A stretch of DNA of 64,000 bases, taken from Podarcis liolepis (Eukaryota). Made by a program: the position numbers and the translations under genes. Positions 42,061 to 54,000 of the stretch are shown one piece after another. Location: the NCBI GenBank assembly GCA_965112155.1, contig OZ218098.1; one strand, 5' to 3'. Under the pieces are notes generated by a model. It worked only from the letters and a program-made list of their open reading frames with translations. It ran no database searches and was not told the origin of the DNA. Every line of letters starts with the position of its first letter. Positions within the stretch are counted from its first letter, which is position 1.

Positions 42061-45000
42061 GGGGGGCATTTATGAAATGTTTTAGGAGCACTTCTTGTCA
42101 TTACTTTCTGTTCCTATATTTCATAGTAATTCTATACAGAGGACAGGAATTCAATTCAGGATGACCTGGCTTGAGATTCATACAACCCTGCCACTGACAT
42201 TTCTGTGACATGGAGATGACTCATATGATAGGGGGAAGTGAGCTCCACTAGCAAGAAAAAAAGAAAGCACTGTATTAAGTTACTGTACATCTTTATTAGC
42301 ATTTGAATGTTTTTAAATACCTATTTCTAAGAAGGATTTTGCATTTTATTAACAGCTTACAGGCTTTCTTACAATCAAGTAGCATATAATTTTTGTTAAA
42401 TTAATTAATTAATTAATTAAATAAGAAATTAACTGGGAGGAAGCTCTATTGAAGTCAAGCCCTATTGGACTTTTTTCTGAGTAGACATAATTAGGGTTGG
42501 TTTGTAAACTGGGAATACAATATTTTTTATAACGTAAGTATTATAACATAAGTATTATATTGTAATACTTACTATGGTGCTTCTGGTCTTGCTGTCAAAA
42601 AAGGAATCTCTGTCAGAGAGGTCAAATCTGTCAAAACATTGAAAGAGGGGGAGTGATTAAATGTATAATATGGATTTCAAACAAGTCAACTTTATTTTCT
42701 GGCTGTGTGTGTCTTCGAAAGAAGAGGTGGCACTTCTAAATGTTGACTCTTTATTTCTCTGAATTTCCCTAAAAAAAGGACCAGCAGCATCTTAAATGTG
42801 TTGGAATAATAAATATCTCCTATGCATTGCTTTTTTGCTTCCAGTTCCAGATCTTTGGACAGCAGCCATTCCTCTCTAGAAATCTCAGAAGCCCCCAATC
42901 ACAGTTGAGCGTGGGGTTCAAAGTTCAAGGCGCCAACTTCCTGAACGAAAAGGTGCTTCAGGAAGGCGGGACCTCCTTCATTTGCTTTTCCCTTCACTTT
43001 GGGGCCCTCCGTCCTTGAGCGGATGCAGCTGCTGTCCACCACGGCAGCTCCTCTTCGGGCGGGAGTGGCCGGGAGGTCTGGCGCGGCAACGGAGAAGGGC
43101 TGAGCCGCCCGGGTGGAGCCAATCAGTCTATTGATTGATTGCCCCCGAATATTCTGTAGCCAAACTGAATGTGCACTCTGATGGGAAGAATAATAAACTC
43201 TGTTTCCTAGACAATGTGTAGCACCTGTTGCTGCTCTTGCAATATTAAAGTAGCTGTCTGTTGATTTCATATACTTCTATCTGCAAATCTCTTTCTCCCC
43301 CCCTTCACACAAAATAAATGGTGCAGTAAGCACACAATGGGTACAGTACAAGTGCGTCTCTACAAAACAAAAGGCACATTCGTTACTCTGCAGAGAATCA
43401 CTATCTATCCTATAATGAGAGCTAAAATCTGCACGAATTGTCACACAGAGATCCCAAGGACACACATTTCTTATACAGTGGTATATAAATGATTCGGGTT
43501 ACAAACTCCGCTAACCCAGAAGTAGCTGCTCCTGGTTGAGAACTCTGCCCCAGAATGCGAACGGAAATCATGCGCCAGAGGCGCACACGCAGCGGGAGAC
43601 CCCACTAGCGAAAGCGCACCTCAGGATAAGAACGGTTTCAGCTTAAGAATGGACGTCCGGAATAAATTAAGTTCGTAACCAGAGGTACCACTGTACTTTT
43701 ACAGTTTCCCAGCTATGAGGATGGGGTCCCTAAGACAGCAAAAGCTTCTCTCTTATCTCCTGCTTAATCTACATTTGGAGCAAATCCATACAGCCACTTA
43801 GCATGTGATAGCCGCAGGGGAAAAGAGCTATGTCGACCACCACTCAACAACGCGGAAAGCTGGTCATCTGCAGCTCCCGGTCATACAGTTAGGATTCCTA
43901 AGCATTACTTCTTGGTTCCCTGCGTTACCACTGGCAACCAAAGAAACCCTTCATGTGCAGACAGTACATGATAGTTTTTTAAAGTTCTGATCACATTGAA
44001 AGCTGATTTTTAGCCCTGGAGTGTGCTGATTAGCCCAAGTCACTGAAGTATGCTGTTTCATTTGCCGCAATGGGTGGTACCAATGGGGAACCTTAAAGGA
44101 CACAAGGGGTCGCACTGCTACATGTCAGGACAAGGATTGTTGCTTGCACAGCAGAACATTCTCCCCCTTTCCTGTCCCTTGCATCTCCTAAATCTGTTCT
44201 GGGCTTCCCCAACAGATTTGGAGGGGGAGTGCAAGGTATGTGAGGAGTCGGAGTCCCATTGTGTAAGTAGAAATCCTTGCGCTGACAGGACTTGTTAGTT
44301 GAATTATCGCCCCAACTCATTCCCTCTCATGCCTGCTTCGGGCAAACACTGAGCATTTAACAGACTGGTTTTTCTCTCCCCTTGATTATACTTTGCTCCT
44401 GGCAAACATGAAGTCTGAAACACAGGATGGCCACTCTATTGTTTGGGTCGCTTTGGCATGCAAGTGACATAACCCAATTGTTTTTAGCTTTCGGATGAGA
44501 ACAATCATAGCTATATGATTGGTCTTTCTTTATTGACGTTGCTAACTTCGGAGAGGCACAAATATTTCTTTGTTTAAGACTTTCTTAGGGTAGCTGACTA
44601 AGACAAGGCTCTTCTTCGAGTCGTACGAGATCTTGTTTATTTGGAAAAAAATGATCATCTTAGTGCTAGTTGCATCTAAACACTGGCCTACGTATTTCTA
44701 TTAATATTCTCATGATTTATCTTCAAGTTGTATTCCCAGAGGCCGAGTTTGCTGAAAATGACATTAAAGATGACGAACTTTGACTTACAAGTGTTGTTTC
44801 TCCCTGGAGAAGGGGTAGGAGAGGCGTTTCACTGTCTGATGTTTGTGTTCTGCCACTTTAGGTTGGATGGGCTCTGTTATTTTTTGAATTACGGAATTGA
44901 TTTTTTTCAATAGGCCATGAGGTTGATGAATTTGATATACCTGAGGACCAAACAAACAAACAATCCATTATTTTTTTCAAGTCATTGACAAAGGATACCA

Positions 45001-48000
45001 AGGCATCAAGAACAGAACATTCTTCAAAAGAAAATCAAAATCAAAATCTGTACAGTACAAGGGGCAACGAAATAGGTGATAAGTACACCCTTTGCATGCT
45101 CTCTGCCAGTGGGAGATTCTAGTTAGTGAAGTTCTGCTCTGGGGAACTCTGAATTGAACCCTGTTAATGTTTAAAACAATAATAATATACAATAAATGAT
45201 CCCAAATAAAGGATTAAGTAAATTAGAACAATTTATACAGATTGCAGAATTTTCTTTATCTCCCATCCCCCTTTTTAGCAATGAGTATACATAGCTTTAG
45301 TTACGGTATAATAGTACTTCCTGCTTTGGATCATGATGCTCCCATCTATTTTGGGAAAAGAACAATCCTACTTCTATGCAGTTGCAGATCTGATCCCTTT
45401 CAACCCTACACCTCCATAATTTAACATTCTTCAGTATAATGGCAGGCTATTGTAAAATTTAGAAACATAATTAAAACAAGTAGCATGATAAATGGGAATG
45501 GATCAGCTCCTAATCTAAAACTGAAATCCCAAAGTTTAATTTTAGTTTTACTTGCAATAAATTACTATGTACTCTCAGGCTGTCTCCTGTTCCATTAGAG
45601 ACATTTCCCTGCAGAGTCTGCTTTCTGCACTTAGCATGTCATTAAATATTGATCCATTTCTCAGTTTTGCACCCTGAACAGGTACAGATACTTCCCTCAG
45701 AAGCTTCACATTCATCACATCCTCCTGTCATCTGGTGACAATGTGCTGTCACTTTCATAATGACAATTCAAAGATTCATTGGGAAGGTAGGACTAGGTCC
45801 AACCAATCCTTTCATGCTCGCCAAATGTTGGGCACAGACATGGGACTCTTCACATGCATAAATCTGTATACGGAACCACAACCTTGTTGTGATGTTGCTG
45901 GTGGTGACAGGCAGCGCTGGAGTGAAGGACACAGAACCCACCTTATTTGTATTTGCACTTTCACATCAGAGCGGTGGCAAATCACACACAGAGAAAGGAA
46001 CTCTTTCCCTGGGTCTTTTCTATCACCCAAGCATTGCAGCTGCAATGTCCCACAGCATAGGGAGCAAGGCTTCTTGTCATAGACAAGAAGACATGGGATT
46101 CAATTACACTGCTGCAGCAAGACCTCTAGCACTGATGGTGAAGAAACGTCATTCACCTTGTGACTTGGCTACAAGGCTTCCCCTCAGAGGATATTTAGAA
46201 CTTCACTCCTGTTGGGATCCATGCAGTTATGTCTAACAGAGAACAATTTCTCTATGTCAGCAAGGCTACCCTACAAGAGGAGAAGCAATGGCATCTAAAA
46301 GGATACACAACCATTTTAGGTTTGCAGAGCAGATGTGCGTTGTTCATGTTAGTGTTGCCACCTAACCCTATTTTGGTTTACCTGATCATGCAGACTGTTT
46401 CTTTTCTTGGGAGAAGGGTATTTTTTGTTTGTTTCTTTTCTTTTCTTAAACAAAATGCCTCAAGTATGTGCAAAGTGCTGTTCCTTGATGAAGAGAATAT
46501 TCCCTTGTTGGTCCTGAGGTTGTTTGGACATGCCATGGAACCTGGCATACTGTACTTGGTTATCAGTCTGCCCGTAAAAGGCTGTGGTGGCCTCATTAGT
46601 GTTGTGAGGCAGTCAAGGAAAACATAATAAGCAGTCTCTTGACTGAGTGTGGGAGGTCAGCTCTAAATGGGTGGATGTTAGCAATAGACTAAGGTGTAGC
46701 CATATGAAATGCAAACCTGGGCAAGCTGCTTGGGTGCGATTCATGGGAAAATGGATATAAATGTTAATAAGCAAACTGCAAAATGGTAGAAATTTCCCCA
46801 CGTGCATCTCAAACCACACATTTTTATGTCACTGTGCAGTACATTATAAATTGTATAGCAAATTATATTAAGTAGAAAGCTAATTTCTCCACTTCTTGTA
46901 TTTTTTAAAAAAACACTAAACCATAAATAACTTTTATGTTTCCTAGTATAAAATAATATTTAAACTAACCTTTTTTGTGGGCATCTTCAGCTTCATAAAT
47001 TCTGCTTCCCGGCACAAAACATTCCAAGGTGCATGTATTTTCACAAATCCAAGCCCATGTATTTTTGTCTAAAAACATTTGGAGGGACAGAAAGGGAAAA
47101 CTTTTTATCAAATAACCTGAAACACAAATCTGCTCAATTTCACACAGGCCTGGAAGATTCCCCCCCCCCCCCATGAGCTATTTTCCAAAAGCTAGTTTAT
47201 TTGACATGTGGATGAAACTAATGACTACATTTCACAGAAAACAAAGGAGGGATGCGAGAGAGATAACTCTGATTCACGTAAGTCATAAACAAGTGAACAA
47301 TCATTTAAAGGATAAGTCAATATCCCATAAAAATAGTTTGTGAGCATAGCACTGATATTAAACAGCCCAGATTTAAGATTAAACAATAAAGACATTTTGT
47401 AAAGGAAGTGGAATCGGTTCACTTTCCACAGTGGCTAAAGTTTTCTTTACAAGGGCAGAAGGGTTCTAAAACTATAGCGGCCAAGAGAGGAAACACTTCA
47501 GCTATGTGATTTTTGGGAAGCTCTTTTGTATCTTGGGGGAAGTTGTAGAGCACCTGGTTGAATGCAGAAGGTCACAGGTTCAATTCCTGGCATCTCCCAG
47601 GGAGCTGCTGTCAGTCAGTGTAGTCAACACAGTGTTGGACAGACTGATGGTCTGAATCAGAATAAGGCTCAGTATAAGGCTCCCAATGTTCCTATCGCCT
47701 TTGGACAAGAACCAACACAGGTGTTGGGATGAATCTTTAGAACAACTGTTGAGCCAAGACTAACCAATATTTCACATTTTCTCTTTTTAAAGGCTTGTTC
47801 TGCACCCAGCACAGTTCCTTCTGTAGCAAGTGTAGATGCTGAAAGGCTCAACGACAGTGCCAAGTGCTGCCTGCTGCGCAAAGCAGATCACATCAGTGCA
47901 ACCGACATGTTTAAGGCAGCAGTGCTTGATTCAAAGTCTGCTGCTGGCAATCTCTGAATGTAATTAGTCTCAAGAGGAAGGCACAATGATACTTGTTTTT

Positions 48001-51000
48001 AAATAGCAATATTTGAATCTGCACATATATTACATTTCCTGGCGTGACCAACGTATTTGTCTCATCAGCAAATAAACAACAGAAGCTTCCATGCAAGTTA
48101 GTCCACATAATTGACAAACGATGTCAAGAACATTGCAGAAAACTTCAAAGGACAGCTCTGTACAAAAAGCAATTCGAAGAATGGGTGTATACAGAGTTCC
48201 TCCCCCTACTTTTATCAGTTTTCTGTAAGAGGAATTTCAATCCTTTCTCCAGAAGTCTGAGGTTTACAATGATTCTTTAAAAAAATAAAATCTAAAGTTT
48301 AGGTTTTATTGAATTTTATTTTAGAATAATTATATATATTTAAGGGGCTAGTAAGGTAGCATATACATTTAAACTACTTTGTTCTATCCAGTGTTCCCAA
48401 GCAAAGAATTATCAATGAACACATTTCCTGCATCACTGTATCTACCAAGAAAAGCATTTTCTACTAAGTTTCTGTTTCTTCCCCACTTGTTGCAGACATA
48501 AGAGTCCCACTAAAAAAAGGAAGAAGAAATCCTTGCTATATCTACCAGGTAAAGATTGAAATGGAAAGTGGCAATGCACTAGAAACACTGGGTTAAAATT
48601 CATTACTCATTTACTTCACAGCAGTCCAATTCACTGAATAGCTGATAAACAGAAATGTGTTTTCTCTTTATAGTGCCATCTATTCCTGGTCTTGTCTATA
48701 GGATGATCGCTTTAATGTCTGATTGATTGCCTAGCATAAATCTGGGTGTTTAAAAGTCTGCTCCTCTGCAATGTTAGTTTTGCTTGCATTAAGTAGCTGT
48801 TGGATCAGGCAATACTACAGATTTGAATTCTAGTTTTAAAATTGTTTCCAGTCTAGTAAGTAATCTACAACCAGTTTGTGAACACCAGCTCAGAGGCGAA
48901 GAGCATCTCCTCTCAGCCTTTTGTTCCACCGCTGTTGCTGCTGTACTAGTTTGCACAGGCACAAAAGCCTGTTTTCATCCTGCCGTCCTGTGCACCTGCT
49001 TACTAGAAATACATTACTCAAGGGACATAAATAGCTGCCAATCTCCAATATGGCAAAGCTTCAAAAACATGTATTAGCTTACTTCACAGAGCAGAATTTA
49101 ATCAACTTAATATATGCCTTCCTTGAAACAAGCTTTTACTTTTAACCAATATTAAAGTCAGCAGTAAGGCTTCAGGGAACTCTCAATGACAGCCAATCAA
49201 ATGACTGCAAGCCTCCATTTTGCCCTATTTCTAGAACTGATCTCTCATCTTCAAACACTTGCTTATTGTTGATATTATATGTGGATGGATAGCGATATGT
49301 GCTGCTGCAGCACAATCACCATATGTGTCTACTCAGAAGTAAGCCCCATTGAGCATAGCAGGACTTACTCTCAAGTAAATGGGTATAGAATCACAAGCTT
49401 AGGCTGCAATCCTGTGGCCCTCCAGATGTTGTTGAACAACAATTTACATCATCTCTGACTACTCCACAAGGCTAGCTGGCGCTGATGGGAGCTGGAGTCC
49501 AATACCTCTGGAGAATATACCCACTTGGCTGGGAGTAAAGTTCCCTCAAAGTCAGTGTGACCTACTTCAGAGTAGACATGCATAGAATTCTGCTGCCAGT
49601 CAGAATGCACGGAATTCTTCTGCCTAGAAATACTACTATTACTGTAAGCACTGTATTTGGTAAAAATGATAAACTAAAGTGAAGAATACCGTCTGTCCAG
49701 GAACATATTAATGTGCCTCTTTCAGCATAACTGCACAACAATATCAAGACATGTATCATAGTTATACTCTGGGATTACAGAGAGTAATGGTGTATCAAAC
49801 AAACCTTTAATATCATCTTCAGATTTGTTTGATATAGACTGTATGTATATACAGACTGTATCTATAAAATTTATTTAGTCTGCCTATATCATTATTGGCC
49901 TCATTTATTTTCAGTGGAAGGTTCAGCACCTCCTCCCAATTTATTCCTCTTCAAAAGTGGTTTCATTATTTATTTTTTGGCTGTGGGGTTTTGAGCTTAC
50001 CTCTTCCATTGCAAGGTGGCCAAGGGTGGTGTTTGAGCTCCGCCACTCACCAACCCAGCACACACCCTGCAGCATTCCTAGCTGTCCACACTTCCTGGAA
50101 TGAAAAAGCCCCGTGGAGATGTAACCTTATGAAGTCTTCTCCTGGGTTTTGGTTAACTGTGGGCACTTGGGAAGGCTGCAGAGTGCAGACCACTGGTGAG
50201 ATGATTTGTAGAAGCTAAGGAACACTCACAAGGAACACCTCAGCCACTTAAAAGTAAGGTAAGTGCAAAAAAAGACCCCTAAATGTCATTCATTACTGAG
50301 ATTTTATCTCCCCTCTGATCATTTTCAAATGCCATTTCTTTCCCCATCAACTTATGGGCACTGGTGGGGGAGGGGGAACACAGGAGAAATTTTGGGCACA
50401 GCAAATATGATTAAGTTTTGATGGAAACAAATTTTATTAGAACGTGCTGCTAACTTTGTAGGTTGTTTAACACATAATACCAGATTACAGACTGAATGCT
50501 CTCTCCCCTGCTCCTTACTCCTCCATGCTCCAGTTCACTTAGTTTTTTCTAATTTAGTTCAAGCCATAGTTTGCTGTTGCATCCAAATTGGCAAACTATG
50601 GCTTGTTCATGGCATCCAAGCCAAAACTGGAAATTCCATTCAAATCAAGGGCAAACCATAACTTGATGATTTGGATGTACAGTAACTGGAACACTGGGGT
50701 TTGTTAACTTGACTAAGTAATATTAAAAGACCTTATACTGTGTAACTGAATTGGCCATGGTTGAATGGCATCTCCAACATTTAAATTAGACATATGACTC
50801 TTAAAGTCTGATTAATTTAAATACTGAAAATGTCATTCAACCTTCACCAACTTTCTATACGTGGGTGAAAATGTCCATCAATCCAGACATATTTGACTTC
50901 AAACAGTAAAACACACTATTGAATGATAAGTTGTTGTCACTTTAGATTCAACTAACCATTTTTCTACCTTGTGTTTGGTAGACGGTACGTCAGTCACTAA

Positions 51001-54000
51001 TTATCTGAAGAAGTGTGCATGCACACGAAAGCTCATACCAAGAACTAACTTAGTTGGTCTTTAAGGTGCTACTGGAAGGAATTTTTTTATTTTAAGTTTA
51101 TTCATGGCAGCCTAAACCTGTTTCACTCTCGAAAATAGAATGGCTCTCTAAAATCTGGTATGTCTAAACTAATGTCTAAGGTAACTGCTAAATTCATGGA
51201 GTTAAATCTGTTCATTTTTTTGTGTTTGTTTTTTTACAGAACTAGCTATTGATTTTTGGAAATGAAAAGCATAATGTTGATATTAACCTATACAATTACT
51301 TGCCAATATCAAAGAAATTATTGTAAAATGTTAGCAAGAATTGCTTCAATTTTATTGTATTTTAGATGTGTAACTTAAAACAAAAAAGTGCAAGACTAAT
51401 GACCAAAAATAGTGCCTTAGGGTGCAATCCAAACCTGCCCACTATCCTGGCAGTGCTCCACTGCCAGGGTCAAAAGAGGCAGTAAGATTGCTGGCAGGTG
51501 ACATAGTAATCAGGCTCAAATTGGACCATATGCTGTTACTTAATGGCCCTGAGGCTGGTTATGGGTCCTTCTGCTGGTGCGCATCCTGCCCATGGCACTC
51601 CCACTTGCCTGGCAGGCAGAAGAGGGAGGTTGGCGTTACCCAAGTGATGCTTCCAGGGTGCTGGCAGCTTAGCTGGGGAGATGGATGGAGAGACACCTCC
51701 ACTCATTCCATTCCACCTCCCTGCCAGCCTAGTGTAAGGGGAGTTAGGTGGGTTGGATTGTCCTGTTCAACTGTACAAAGCAGTACAAGCACATTTGTAG
51801 AAGTAGTCCACAGTGTGGAAGATCAGGAGGACTGAGGACAGGATATCACTAACCTGCCCTAGCTCCTACCACTTGTTCTCAGATAGATTTGAAGAGAAAG
51901 TTGATTGTTTGCTGTTTTCACAATCTAAAGAGGGGTTATCAACCTCAGGCCCAGGGGCTGAAAGCAGCCTTCCAAGCTTCTCTATCCTGGTCCTTGGAAC
52001 TGTCACTAGGCCACACTCCCTCACTGGCCTTGCTTCAGACTTTCCTCAAGCTCTTTTGCCTGGTGGGAATGTGTCCCTGAACAACAATAATGCTTCTTGC
52101 TTGTCTGGACAAAGTTTGGAGAGATGTGTGGGTGTCCTTTTGCATTCAGCTTACTGAACAAAGGGAAGTGTCAAATCCATTGCCCCACCCACTTGTGCCT
52201 CCAGCCCCTCAGAAGGTTGCCTGTGAAGGAATGCAGTTCTCATGTGGAAAATGGTTCCTCTGCCCTGGTTTAGATTCAGGCACTGAAGTTCAAACACAGC
52301 TCCTCAGTCCTGTAAATGCACACACAAATGCATATTCCACTTTCCTCTTCAGCTGATGTGTTGGACTCAATTAATGATAATATTCCTGTACCTTTAATAC
52401 AGCATGAAAATGAGAGAGAGAGAGAGAGAGAAAATATGAACTGCTCGGATTTTCTGTTCTATGAACTATTGTACACAAAAGAGTTCTGGTTCCATGTTGA
52501 CTCTGGCAACCTTTAAAGTGGAGTCTGAAGGAAACTGACTTCAGCAGCCAATTGAAATTGAGCCTCTGCCTTTGAAATTAGTATGTCTGGGATTCTCTCT
52601 TTTAATCATGCTGGCATTAGTTCACTCATGCCACAATTATTATTTGAGATAGGCACTCTTTTAATAGAACACTTTGCTTTGGCTAAGCAGGTGAAAGGAG
52701 CTATACTGTACCACTCCTCTTTAATCACAGTGTAATTGCATCTTGGAGCCCAGCATTTAATTTGGAACTTTTGCTAAAAGGTTCCCTTGAACAAATGGAG
52801 GTTAAAATAGCAGTATCAATACTTCTTTTTGACGGAGAGTTGGAATTCCTATAGCCGTTAGACAGAGAAACATGTGGATCTTTTAAATACTCCTTCAGAC
52901 CTTATGTGGAAGAAAGCTTGAGCATGAAATTCTAAATGCAATTTTTCTTGCTTCAGGCTTCAGTTTTAAGTCCAGTGGAACTATTTCTGTGTGCAAATGC
53001 CTTTTTGCATGTATGTGATCTGTGAGACTAAAACAGCACAGAATCCCACCCTACCCCACCCCATTCTGCGCATCCTTATCTGTGCAAAGGTAATACTGCA
53101 GGACATTTTAATGTCAGAATTCTTTTTATAGCACTTGTTGGTGGGGTGGGGGAGATTTATTCAGAGCCCTCTCTCCCTCTCTGCCCTATGACAAAGGCAC
53201 CAGATTGATGTGGAAGTGGGGTGATTGTCATGTTCCAAACTTGGTGGAATTTGAGACTTGATTCTAAGTTGCTTTGGGTCTGTCTGTTAATTTAAATGGG
53301 TTTCTTTGGTCAGTTCTTCAGATGGGAACAAAAGACTTGCTCTGGATCTGCTGTCATCATCAGTTTCTTAAAACACTTTTAAAAGAAAAAATATTTTTAA
53401 TTATAACTAATATTTTCTAGATCTAATAAAGGCATTGTAATAATCCTATGAAAATGGGGTTTTTGAGCACTGGTGTATAAAACTCTACTCAGGTTCCTAT
53501 ATATGAGGGTTAAATCATTGGCATGCTAGATAGTCAATTTAATGGGGTTCATCTTATTCATTCCAAGGTTTTTTGGCTAGGCCACATTATTAAACCTTGG
53601 TATATGGGCTGAGGAAAATGGTGCAGAGTTTAAAACGTGCTGAAGTGGTCATCAAATGCTGAACAAAAGACAGCAGATCCAGCTTTCCCTGTCATTGCAT
53701 CTGTTGGGACTTCTGCCTGTAATGCAAAGGCATAGGGCCTATGTGAAAGGATGGGCGACTTTACCAATATATACTGAGTTCCCACAGCCACCAGTAGTGT
53801 GGCAAATTAGGGTTATGAGCTGTGAGTTGGAAAGTGTGGTGAACGAATCACACAAACATTTTGCAACACTTCAGACTTTCTGCTAATACACACCCCTGTA
53901 TGTACTCATGTGAATGGACCCTTGTTCTGATTAAATGAAAAAGGTTTATGTAAGGTTAGAAAAAAATCTACTGGAGGGCAAGGTCTACAGTTCTCAAAGT

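Noticed and set aside
46381-46567. Possible extra exon in intron 3 (ORF 46378..46596 with ag/gt ends)
   Set aside because: The phase-0 frame hits a stop and the open frame is out of phase with exons 3 and 4; no ANO-like peptide.
17642-47696. tRNA genes suggested by A/B-box motifs (17642, 26805, 27400-27485, 47540)
   Set aside because: No cloverleaf, and each continues into a SINE body and tail; these are SINE heads.
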